Assembly: GCA_043757865.1 (NCBI GenBank)
Contig: JAYVOP010000077.1
Span: 768 to 64,767 of the forward strand
DNA length: 64,000 nucleotides
Direction of reading: 5' to 3'
Source: Verrucomicrobiales bacterium
Lineage (GTDB): Bacteria > Verrucomicrobiota > Verrucomicrobiia > Verrucomicrobiales > V1-33
The position numbers and the translations under genes were made by a program. Shown here piece after piece: positions 55,943-64,000 of this stretch. The notes beneath the pieces are model-generated. The model saw only the letters and a program-made list of their open reading frames with translations, searched no databases and had not been told where the DNA came from. Position 1 is the stretch's first letter; the number at the start of each line of letters is the position of its first letter.

Positions 55943-58780
55943 ATGAAAACTCCCTTTCGTTCCCTGGCCAGTGCCGGTCTTCGTTTCCTCGCCTTGCTGT
56001 TTCCGCTCACTGCCTACTCCCAGGAGGCCATTCCGTTAGTGGAAAATGACGCCACTTGGAGTGTTTTCGATAATGGAAGCACCCCTACCGGCACCCCGGA
56101 TTGGAAGCAGTATAACCACGTGCAGACCGGGGCGTGGAGATCCGCCGTCGGGCCTTTCGGGTATAAGGTGGATGCCGCCTCCCCCACCACTCCCAGCAAA
56201 ACCGTGACTGAGAAATGTGTGGCCCAAACCCTGCTGAATTACAGCGTGGGTAACAACCAGCCCGCCAACAAATACGTCACCACTTATTTCCGGAAAACCT
56301 TTGACCTCACTGCTACGCAGATTGCTGGTATTGGAGCCCTCAAGATGGGGGGGCGGTGGGATGATGGGATCGTCGTTTATATCAATGGCATCGAGGTTAG
56401 ACGGGAAAATATGGCGGCGGGCACCCCGGTTTATGCCACCCTAGCATCAGCCGCGATTACCCCGACCGACGACCAAGTTTTTGCCTCATATAATTTTACC
56501 ACCGGGACTACGAACTTCTTGCGGGTGGGGACCAACGTCTTGGCCATAGAACTCCACCAGGCGAGTATCAGTAGCTCAGATACTTTTTTGGATATCAATC
56601 TCTCCGCCCTGCCCTCGGTGTCATGTGCTGGGGATGTGACGGTGGGCGCGTATCAAGATTTTGATTTTAGTTGGACGCAGCCCAACGGGCCTGGAACCTC
56701 ACCCAAGCAGTTCAACCGGAACAACGACCAGTCCCAGCTCAGATATACGCTGGTCTATAGCAAAGTAGATACTGCTCAAACCGGATTCGGTACCGATCCC
56801 GTGCGTTATGAGCCCACTTCCTTCAGCACTGGACAAGTAAAGATCCAACGCAACACGAACTTCACGATACTAACAGAACGGATCGACGCGCAAAATTTCA
56901 AAAACATCCGGGCCTCCGTGGATTTGCGCTCAGAAACTGATGCCACCCCCTGGACTGCCACGGATCTTCTCCAGGGCTCCCTGCTTTACAGTACGGATGG
57001 TGCGCATTACACAGAGGTGCCCTGGTTCAAATACCAAGCAGGCGCAGGCTCCACTACTACCACCGTCCTGGTTTCTGAAACTCAGGCAAATCATTGGCAA
57101 GTGCCCACGATCGCTGCGGATACGCCAAGCGCGACCGCCACCGTGACTGCTGGTAAGGTCACGTCCATTGTCGTAAACTCGACCCAGCAAGGCGGCGGCT
57201 ATGCCACCCCTCCGACGGTGAGCTTCAGTGGTAGTGCTGGAACTGGTGCCACCGCTACCGCAGTCCTCACCGCAGGGAAAGTTACCTCCGTAACGGTCAA
57301 TAACCAGGGGAGCGGTTATACCTCGGCTCCAGTGGTTTCATTTACCTCCGCCACCTCCCCTATCCGGACTACGAATCCCTCGGATTATGCCGCCTTTAAG
57401 CCAGCGACTTGGACGGATTTCAAAACCCCGGGTGCGTCTGTGTTGAATACCTCCCACGGGTGGCATCCAGGCAACATCCCCGCCGTGCCTCCAGCTGTGA
57501 AACAGTTGGGTGGCCTGGGTTATGACCTCAGTCTTACCCCGTATGACTATAATCAATTTTTAGACGCTTCGAGCATCTCCACCCTCAAATCCGAAATGCT
57601 CTTTACTGCCACTCCTTCCTATGCAGGGGAAACCCGGCTGAACGTCAGAATTCCGTTCACTGTGCCCAGCGTGCCGGGGAATTTTATCACTTCCATGATC
57701 AAGGCAGAACTCGCCTTGCGCTATGATGACTCCATAGCCGTCTGGGTTGCTAGTGACAAAGACGCGACCACCCGAGCGGGGGTCAAGCTGAACCTGGGCA
57801 TCGCCACCGAACCCGCCACGGATAGTGCCAATCCCACGGGCCGTGACGATTCCCTGGCCATGGTTCCAGTGATTTATGACATCACGACCCAACTGAAAGC
57901 CATTATTATTCCTGGTGCTAGCAATGTCCTGATCATCCGTGGATACAATGCGGGTTCCGGCAGTAATGACCTCCTCGTGCAATCAAAACTCACCGTGACC
58001 GCCCCCGTAGTGGATGAAAACAGCCCCGCCGCTCTTGATAGCGCGGCCTTTTTAATGACCACGAAAACGAGCCCGCTGGGGTTAATTCCCGACGGGGTTA
58101 CGTCCCTGAAAATCAAAATCGATGGCAAAATCACGGGCGAGGCTAATGAGCTAGACGTGCAGTCCTACTACATCGATAATCTGACCACCAGCGGAGATGC
58201 TAAATCCGCCATCAACTTGGGGAGCACCTTGGGAATTCAACTTCCAACGAGCAAATATACCTTTGCCCAACGGCAACCCATGGCGGACGCGGATGGGGAT
58301 GGCATCTCTAATCTCCTGGAGTATGCTTTTGGCACCGATGCAGGGGTGGCGGCACGTTTCACCACTCTGCCGAGCAATCAGTCCCAAAGCATCACCCCCA
58401 CCTTTTTCGTGGATGCAGACGGCTTCGTAACCATGAAGTTCAGAGTGCTCGGCAATGGGGCCGCCATTGATAACAAGTTTGATAGCAACGGTTATATCCA
58501 GGTGAATGATATTCTCTACCAAGCGGAATCCATTGATGACGCGGGCATCATTGGAGACTGGCAAAGCCGGGAATTCGGCTGGGTTAGCACCGTGTCCAAT
58601 AACGACGATAAAACCAGCACCGTGACCATCAAACGTCTGACTCAGGACGTCGCGACTCCTGGACACCCAACCGGATTCCCCATCCCACGGTATTTTTACC
58701 GCATCCGTGTCAGCACCTTCCGGGACGCCTGGGTAAACGATGTCACGGAAGCCACAAAGTGCCCATTCCCAGAACTGTAA
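55943..58780 (+). CDS. Large (945-aa) secreted protein: N-terminal jelly-roll-like module, tandem 'G-x-V-T-S-x-x-V-x-x-x-G-x-GY' repeats, and a C-terminal 'DADGDGISNLLEYAFG' Ca-binding-type motif. First gene of the pseudopilin block.
   Basis: ATG at 55943 gives the signal peptide MKTPFRSLASAGLRFLALLFPLTAYS. 'TYFRKTFDL...WDDGIVVYINGIEV'; repeats 'TAGKVTSIVVNSTQQGGGYATPPTVSF' and 'TAGKVTSVTVNNQGSGYTSAPVVSF'; motif at 58286-58342. Confidence 0.7.
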   Translation: MKTPFRSLASAGLRFLALLFPLTAYSQEAIPLVENDATWSVFDNGSTPTGTPDWKQYNHVQTGAWRSAVGPFGYKVDAASPTTPSKTVTEKCVAQTLLNYSVGNNQPANKYVTTYFRKTFDLTATQIAGIGALKMGGRWDDGIVVYINGIEVRRENMAAGTPVYATLASAAITPTDDQVFASYNFTTGTTNFLRVGTNVLAIELHQASISSSDTFLDINLSALPSVSCAGDVTVGAYQDFDFSWTQPNGPGTSPKQFNRNNDQSQLRYTLVYSKVDTAQTGFGTDPVRYEPTSFSTGQVKIQRNTNFTILTERIDAQNFKNIRASVDLRSETDATPWTATDLLQGSLLYSTDGAHYTEVPWFKYQAGAGSTTTTVLVSETQANHWQVPTIAADTPSATATVTAGKVTSIVVNSTQQGGGYATPPTVSFSGSAGTGATATAVLTAGKVTSVTVNNQGSGYTSAPVVSFTSATSPIRTTNPSDYAAFKPATWTDFKTPGASVLNTSHGWHPGNIPAVPPAVKQLGGLGYDLSLTPYDYNQFLDASSISTLKSEMLFTATPSYAGETRLNVRIPFTVPSVPGNFITSMIKAELALRYDDSIAVWVASDKDATTRAGVKLNLGIATEPATDSANPTGRDDSLAMVPVIYDITTQLKAIIIPGASNVLIIRGYNAGSGSNDLLVQSKLTVTAPVVDENSPAALDSAAFLMTTKTSPLGLIPDGVTSLKIKIDGKITGEANELDVQSYYIDNLTTSGDAKSAINLGSTLGIQLPTSKYTFAQRQPMADADGDGISNLLEYAFGTDAGVAARFTTLPSNQSQSITPTFFVDADGFVTMKFRVLGNGAAIDNKFDSNGYIQVNDILYQAESIDDAGIIGDWQSREFGWVSTVSNNDDKTSTVTIKRLTQDVATPGHPTGFPIPRYFYRIRVSTFRDAWVNDVTEATKCPFPEL

Positions 58781-58876
58781 CGCCACCAAGCCAGCCCCAT
58801 ATTTCGAGAACCGTAGATTTTCCTTGCCAACTTTGCCATGTAAATGCATTGTAAACACAAATTCAGAAAATACCCG

Positions 58877-59446
58877 ATGAAAACAATTCACCATCCAAAT
58901 AACCAAGGCTTCAGTCTCATCGAAGTGATCGTCGCCATGGGCATTGTCTCCACTGTGATGGTTGGGCTCATCGGCATTATGCCGAGTGGAGTCGCCAGCC
59001 TGCATGAAGCCTCCACTGTGGCCATTCAATCACGCATTGTGCAAGAACTAGTAAGTGATGCGCAACAATCTACCTGGAATGATGTAGCCCCCAGCGCCAA
59101 TACCGTTCCGCAGCCCAAACTCACGGAAATCTTGGGGACGAGCAATATGCGAAAATATGATTCCCAAGGAAACCTTCTGACCGGAGCATCAGGTGCCAAC
59201 CAGAGCGTTACCTACGTGGCGCTGACGGAGCTAGATACGGCATCCACGTCAACCGGAGGCCCCGTAATTATGGGCTATGGAGCGGGATATACGCATCTCC
59301 GCCGGGTCAATATTTATGTGGAATACACTCCCGGTGGGCGAACGCCCTCCCCCAAGGACATCACCCATAGTAAATTCGTTAAGAAATACAGCTTACTGCT
59401 CGCTAACATGGGAACCAACGAAGGTATCACTGGAGGCGCTAATTAA
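58877..59446 (+). CDS. Prepilin-type N-terminal cleavage/methylation domain protein (minor pseudopilin-like, 189 aa).
   Basis: 'NNQGFSLIEVIVAMGIVSTVMVGL': G/F cleavage context, Glu at +5, hydrophobic helix. Confidence 0.8.
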   Translation: MKTIHHPNNQGFSLIEVIVAMGIVSTVMVGLIGIMPSGVASLHEASTVAIQSRIVQELVSDAQQSTWNDVAPSANTVPQPKLTEILGTSNMRKYDSQGNLLTGASGANQSVTYVALTELDTASTSTGGPVIMGYGAGYTHLRRVNIYVEYTPGGRTPSPKDITHSKFVKKYSLLLANMGTNEGITGGAN

Positions 59447-59481
59447 TTAACGTCACATCCTTTCCCCCCAATTTTTCACGC

Positions 59482-60705
59482 ATGAAAACTTCTTCCCTGC
59501 GGCCCCAGGCCGGCTTTAGTTTGATCGAATTGATGGTCTCCGTGGCTGTCTTGAGTTTGGTCATGGTGCTGGTCTTCCAGATGCTGGAAAACACCCAAGC
59601 AACCTTTAAAAAGGCTCGGGACTCCGTTTCCGAGTATAAAGACGCGCGTAATGGTTTTGATGCCATCACGCGGCGGATGAGCCAGGCGACGCTGAACACC
59701 TACTGGCAGGTGGGTAGGAGCGCGGCAGGAGCAGCCACGAAATTTGAAAAGGCCTCAGATCTGCACTTTGTCTCTGGTCCGACGGAGCTTGTGATGGGCC
59801 CCACGCTTCCGGCCAATGCGGGGCCGCGCACCACGCATTGTGTGTTCTTCCAGGCACCCACTGGATATTCTGCCGCCGTGTCCACCTCCTCTGGATCCGT
59901 GGGATCTTTGGAGTATGGCAACTTCCCTAACTTATTAAATGCTTGGGGCTATTTCGTCGAATTTGGCGATGACCGCTCAGAACGTCCCGCCTATTTAAAT
60001 AGTTTGGCTAATCCCCCCCGCCCACGGATTCGCTTTCGACTGATGGAATTCTCCCAACTCGCAGAAGGTCTCCAGATCTATGCGGAGCAACTTAGCTTGA
60101 AGCCTAAGTCCAGTTCCCCAGCGGTGCTCAATCGCTGGTTCCTCAATGACTCCTCGTTCGGTGTGAACAGCGTTAATAATTACCAATTCGCCACCGCAGA
60201 TACCTCCGCTCTAAACTTACCGCCCTCAAGCCGGATGATTGCAGAGAACATCATCGCCCTCATCGTTCTTCCAGCGGAGGCCCTCACGGATAAATATCGG
60301 GATAAGTTAGCTCCCAATTACTACTATGACTCCAGGGCTTTCCAAAGTTCGAACATCGGCCAAGCGGGTTCCACTTTAAATGTGGACAAAAGTATGCAGG
60401 CGTTGCCGCCCATCGTGGATGTGACCATGGTGGCGGTCGATGAGGCCGACTTTAAGCGCTTCTCCCAGTCCAAGGGCGTGGATAGCGTGTCAGGATTCGC
60501 GGCGTGCAACTTCACCACGGATCTGTTCAAGAAGGCGGAAAACTATGATCGTGATCTCGTCAGCTTGCGTGGCATCCTCAGTGACTCCTCCTCCGGTAGT
60601 AAGGCCAAAGAAATCAAATTCCGCGTCTTCCGGGCTAGCGTGCGCCTGCGGGAGTCGAAAGGCCTCGGCACGGTCACGAACGGTAAGGCCACAGGCGGAA
60701 ACTAA
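59482..60705 (+). CDS. Prepilin-type N-terminal cleavage/methylation domain protein (large pseudopilin-like, 407 aa).
   Basis: 'PQAGFSLIELMVSVAVLSLVMVLVFQML'. Confidence 0.8.
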   Translation: MKTSSLRPQAGFSLIELMVSVAVLSLVMVLVFQMLENTQATFKKARDSVSEYKDARNGFDAITRRMSQATLNTYWQVGRSAAGAATKFEKASDLHFVSGPTELVMGPTLPANAGPRTTHCVFFQAPTGYSAAVSTSSGSVGSLEYGNFPNLLNAWGYFVEFGDDRSERPAYLNSLANPPRPRIRFRLMEFSQLAEGLQIYAEQLSLKPKSSSPAVLNRWFLNDSSFGVNSVNNYQFATADTSALNLPPSSRMIAENIIALIVLPAEALTDKYRDKLAPNYYYDSRAFQSSNIGQAGSTLNVDKSMQALPPIVDVTMVAVDEADFKRFSQSKGVDSVSGFAACNFTTDLFKKAENYDRDLVSLRGILSDSSSGSKAKEIKFRVFRASVRLRESKGLGTVTNGKATGGN

Positions 60706-60726
60706 TCTAACCTCCTCCCTCTCCTC

Positions 60727-61395
60727 ATGAAATTTTCCCATCGCCATTCCTCACTACGGAAGTTCGGGTTTACCCTGATCGAACTCCTCGTCGTCGTCGG
60801 CGTCATCTCCCTACTGCTGGTCATGACTGCGCCTACGATGTCCGCTGCCTTTAAAGGCTCCAAGCTCACCCAAGGGGCCGAGGCCTTTCGGAACCTCATT
60901 AATCAGGCTCACCAGACTGCATTAAAAAATAATTCTCCCGTGGAGGTTCGCTTTTACAGCTATGATGATCCTGACACCCCAGAAACGAAGGATCAATATT
61001 TGGCGGCTCGCCTCTATCTCGTGAAGCTCACAGTGGATGCGGGCGGAGTTCAAAAAAAGAAAGCGGAGGCCATTGGCAACATCCTCAAACTGCCCGCCGG
61101 AGTGGTGATCAGTGACCTGCCCACGCAATCTACCCTCCTCGACCCCGCCCAAGTAAGCCGTGGACGTGAGAGCATTAAAGGCATCTCTGCGGATGGAAAT
61201 GCCATGGAGGTGCCCTTCCTAGCCTTCGAGATTCGCGCGGATGGCTCAGTGAATCTAGATCGTGATCGACGGTGGTTTCTGACCTTCATGACGCGAGATA
61301 CCCTGAATCAAGGTCTTCAAAGCACACCTCCAGACTACGTTTGCCTCCAGGTGAACGTCTATACCTCAGACGTGCGTTGGTATCATCCTAACTAG
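60727..61395 (+). CDS. Prepilin-type N-terminal cleavage/methylation domain protein (GspH/FimT-like impression, 222 aa).
   Basis: 'RKFGFTLIELLVVVGVISLLLVMTAP', followed by 'GAEAFRNLINQAHQTALKNNSPVEVRFY'. Confidence 0.8.
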   Translation: MKFSHRHSSLRKFGFTLIELLVVVGVISLLLVMTAPTMSAAFKGSKLTQGAEAFRNLINQAHQTALKNNSPVEVRFYSYDDPDTPETKDQYLAARLYLVKLTVDAGGVQKKKAEAIGNILKLPAGVVISDLPTQSTLLDPAQVSRGRESIKGISADGNAMEVPFLAFEIRADGSVNLDRDRRWFLTFMTRDTLNQGLQSTPPDYVCLQVNVYTSDVRWYHPN

Positions 61396-61472
61396 GGCCG
61401 CTGGGGCCACAAAATAGGGAGTGCCCCTAAAGTGCCATTGGTGGTTCGGCGGAAACCTGCTACAAATGCCGT

Positions 61473-64000
61473 ATGTCCGCCTTGCCCCACATTACAATTT
61501 TACTCCTCAGCCTAGGACTGGTGCCCAGCGCGCTCGGCTTAGATGCGAATACGAATCAGCAGAGCGACATCTGGGAGACGTTCTATAGTGCATTCAATCT
61601 GCCCGCGAATGGTGATGCTGACGCGGATGGATTTACCAATGCCGTCGAAAGCCTCGCGGGCACGAATCCTCAGGATGCCGCCTCCCATCCCGCGCTCACC
61701 TGCTTAATGAACGGGGGACACCTCAATCTTTCCTGGCCGAGCGAGGCCGGGAAACTCTACGCCATCTACCGCAGCCTCGATCTCAGCAACGGCAGCTTCC
61801 TGTTGCAGGACACTGCCGTGGGAGACGGCTCCTCGCTGCTTCGAGGCTACCCGCTGGCGGGCAGCCGGGGATTCTTCCGCATCCAAGCCTCGGATGTGGA
61901 CACCGACGGGGATGGCCTAACGGATTGGGATGAGGGGAAACTGGGCTTCAATACCACGCTGAATCATACGGATCGCAATGACACCGCCGACCTCGCTCGC
62001 GTGCAATCCGGCTTGAACATCGGCGGCTCCATTACCGTGGGCCTCGTGGATGGAGAAATGCGCGAAGACTGGCCAGACGCTGGCCTCGTGGTCATCCGCC
62101 GCTCGGGTGGGCTGAAGCCGCTCACCATCAACCTCGCCTTCACTGGCACCGCTACCCGCAATGTGGATTACACTACCGACCTTCCCGCCACCCAAATCTC
62201 CCTGCCCTTGGGCGCGCGCGAGGCCGTGGTGGTGCTGCATCCGTTCAATGATTCCCTCACCGAGGGCGTAGAAACCATCACCCTTACGGCCCTAGCTGGC
62301 AGTGGCTACACGTTAGGCTCAGCCCTCAGCGCTACGGTAAATTTAGCGGATGCCGCACCCCAGCCGGGCCTCAAGGCCGCCGCGCGTTTCCTCCTCCAGG
62401 CCGCCTACGGCCCAGATCAAGACACCACGGGAAACAATATTCCCGAGAACGTCGAAAGCCTCATGGCCACCACCTTCGATGCGTGGATGGAGGATCAGTT
62501 CACCCGTCCGTTAGGATACCTCCAACCCTACACTGCGTGGGCCGTGGCGAATGCCAATGCCATCGCGCTCTACGGGAACTACAAAGAGCACGCATGGTGG
62601 TCCCGCGCCATGGGCGCGCCCAAGCTGCGCCCAGACAACACCTCCACGCAACTAGCAGATCCTCTGCGCCAGCGCATGGCCTTTGCGCTCAGTGAAATCT
62701 TGGTCGTCTCCGACCGCCCAGAGACGTTAGGCGTCGATCAAGTCGGCATGGCAAATTACTATGACCTCATGGTGAAATATGCCTTTGGAAATTACCGAGA
62801 GCTCCTTCTCGAGGTCGCGCTGCATCCCGTCATGGGCGTGTATCTGAGCCACTTGGGAAATCAGAAAGCCAACCTCGCCCTGAACCTCCACCCAGACGAA
62901 AACTTCGCACGCGAGGTCATGCAACTTTTCTCCATTGGCCTGTGGCAACTCAATCGCAATGGCACCCGCCAAGTGGACGCCCAAGGGCATTTCATCCCCA
63001 CGTATAACAATGGCGACATCACGGAGCTGGCCCGCGTCTTCACCGGGTTCACCTTTCCTGATAGCACGAGTTTCAATCCAAATAATCAAGCCAATGGAGA
63101 CAAAACGCACGCCATGAAATGCTGGGATGCCTACCATGATCTAGCTCCCAAGATCCTCCTGAATGGCCTCACTACGCCTGCACGCGTGGCCAGTGCCACC
63201 AACACCGGCACCGCTGGCCTAGCGGATGTCACGGCGGCCATCGAGAATCTTTTCAATCATCCTAACGTCGGCCCGTTCCTCAGCCTGCGCTTGATCCAGC
63301 GTTTCGTAACCTCCAATCCTAGCCCCAGCTACATCGACCGCGTGGCCGCTAAATTTAACGACAACGGCAGCGGCCAGCGGGGAGATTTGCGAGCCGTCAT
63401 CAAAGCCATCTTGCTCGACCCCGAGGCGCGCGATCCCGCCATGCTGGACCTGCCCACCTGGGGGAAACTGCGCGAGCCATTGCTCCGCGTCGTCAACCTC
63501 GCGCGGGCTTTTAACGCGGCTTCCACTGATGGTTACTATCCGCTTGATCAGTTCGTGCTGGATCATCTCCAAGACCCTATGAACGCTCCCAGCGTCTTCA
63601 ATTTCTTTCTCCCTAACTACAGCCCACCAGGGAAAATCACCGATCTAGGCCTAGCCGCACCCGAGTTCCAGATCCTCAATGCCAGCTCCGCCATCACTGC
63701 TGCCAACTATTTCTATAGTGCCATTGGTAACAACGACCTCGCTCGTTGGGGCACTGGCACTGCGAGCTATGCCGCGCGACTGAACTTGAATCCAGAGCTG
63801 GCCATGATCGTGCCCGTGGCGCAGATCAGCGCGAATACGCCCACGCCACTGGTGAACCTGGATACGGACGCCCTGATCCGTCGTTTGGACCTCTCCCTCA
63901 TGGGCGGCACCATGTCTCCGCAGCTTTTCCAGATCATCCGCGAGTCCATTCCACGCCTTGCCAGTCCTAGCTGGCAGTGGCATCGGGAACGCTTGCGGCT
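61473..64000 (+). CDS. Secreted DUF1800-family protein with N-terminal Ca-binding-type motifs and a Calx-beta-like domain. 3'-partial: it runs off the window and is not in the supplied ORF track.
   Basis: My hand translation from the ATG at 61473 is open to nt 64000. Signal peptide MSALPHITILLLSLGLVPSALG; 'GDADADGFTNAVESLAGTNP'; 'DVDTDGDGLTDWDE'; 'LAFTGTATRNVDYT' (Calx-beta-like); 'HPDENFAREVMQLFSIGLWQLN' and 'NLFNHPNVGPFLSLRLIQRFV' (DUF1800-like). Confidence 0.8.
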   Translation, partial: MSALPHITILLLSLGLVPSALGLDANTNQQSDIWETFYSAFNLPANGDADADGFTNAVESLAGTNPQDAASHPALTCLMNGGHLNLSWPSEAGKLYAIYRSLDLSNGSFLLQDTAVGDGSSLLRGYPLAGSRGFFRIQASDVDTDGDGLTDWDEGKLGFNTTLNHTDRNDTADLARVQSGLNIGGSITVGLVDGEMREDWPDAGLVVIRRSGGLKPLTINLAFTGTATRNVDYTTDLPATQISLPLGAREAVVVLHPFNDSLTEGVETITLTALAGSGYTLGSALSATVNLADAAPQPGLKAAARFLLQAAYGPDQDTTGNNIPENVESLMATTFDAWMEDQFTRPLGYLQPYTAWAVANANAIALYGNYKEHAWWSRAMGAPKLRPDNTSTQLADPLRQRMAFALSEILVVSDRPETLGVDQVGMANYYDLMVKYAFGNYRELLLEVALHPVMGVYLSHLGNQKANLALNLHPDENFAREVMQLFSIGLWQLNRNGTRQVDAQGHFIPTYNNGDITELARVFTGFTFPDSTSFNPNNQANGDKTHAMKCWDAYHDLAPKILLNGLTTPARVASATNTGTAGLADVTAAIENLFNHPNVGPFLSLRLIQRFVTSNPSPSYIDRVAAKFNDNGSGQRGDLRAVIKAILLDPEARDPAMLDLPTWGKLREPLLRVVNLARAFNAASTDGYYPLDQFVLDHLQDPMNAPSVFNFFLPNYSPPGKITDLGLAAPEFQILNASSAITAANYFYSAIGNNDLARWGTGTASYAARLNLNPELAMIVPVAQISANTPTPLVNLDTDALIRRLDLSLMGGTMSPQLFQIIRESIPRLASPSWQWHRERLR

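Noticed and set aside
58151-59029. A 292-aa minus-strand ORF spanning the end of the 945-aa gene, the intergenic gap and the start of the first pseudopilin gene.
   Set aside because: It crosses a plus-strand intergenic region and two well-supported plus-strand genes, and it has no motifs or signal sequences.

Overview
A 64-kb chromosomal window, GC-rich by eye, and I infer it comes from a member of the Verrucomicrobiota (PVC group). The inference rests on lineage-typical families: a PSCyt1/DUF1549/DUF1553 giant protein, a DUF1800 protein, PEP-CTERM proteins, prepilin-motif gene cassettes, and secreted proteins carrying 'DxDxDGxxNxxEY' motifs. Layout: (1) 0-5.7 kb is a surface/secreted-protein locus holding a CotH-like gene, two tandem PEP-CTERM paralogs and a secreted protein. 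It contains four reading-frame lesions (three at short mononucleotide runs and one at a GG dinucleotide); I found none elsewhere in the window. (2) 5.8-29.9 kb is mostly housekeeping: glnB, fabF, a SNF2/SWIM helicase, DUF1080, an Fe-S protein pair, riboflavin synthase, a ComEA-like protein, the PSCyt/DUF1553 protein, mnmG, cinA, a two-component system and an orphan sdhA/frdA. (3) 29.9-32.5 kb holds an AbiEii-type nucleotidyltransferase with a very small upstream partner, a SHOCT-like membrane protein and a Xer-type recombinase. (4) 35.6-48.6 kb, minus strand, is a compact dcw cluster: rsmH-ftsL-ftsI-murE-murF-mraY-murD-[LysM protein]-ftsW-murG-[zinc-ribbon membrane protein]. It lacks mraZ, murC, murB, ddl and ftsQAZ. 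(5) 48.9-55.8 kb holds a TAT-exported oxidoreductase, an ankyrin lipoprotein, an internally duplicated unknown protein, a GIDE-LemA fusion, a CDP-alcohol phosphatidyltransferase and a methyltransferase. (6) 55.9-64.0 kb is my best candidate for a poorly understood system. A 945-aa secreted protein with a Ca-binding-type motif is followed by three prepilin-motif (minor-pseudopilin-like) genes and then a DUF1800/Calx-beta protein that runs off the window and is missing from the ORF track. No pilus or T2SS ATPase, platform, secretin or prepilin peptidase is nearby. I recognised no rRNA, tRNA, CRISPR array, transposase or prophage. All homology calls come from reading motifs in the translated ORFs; no search was run.
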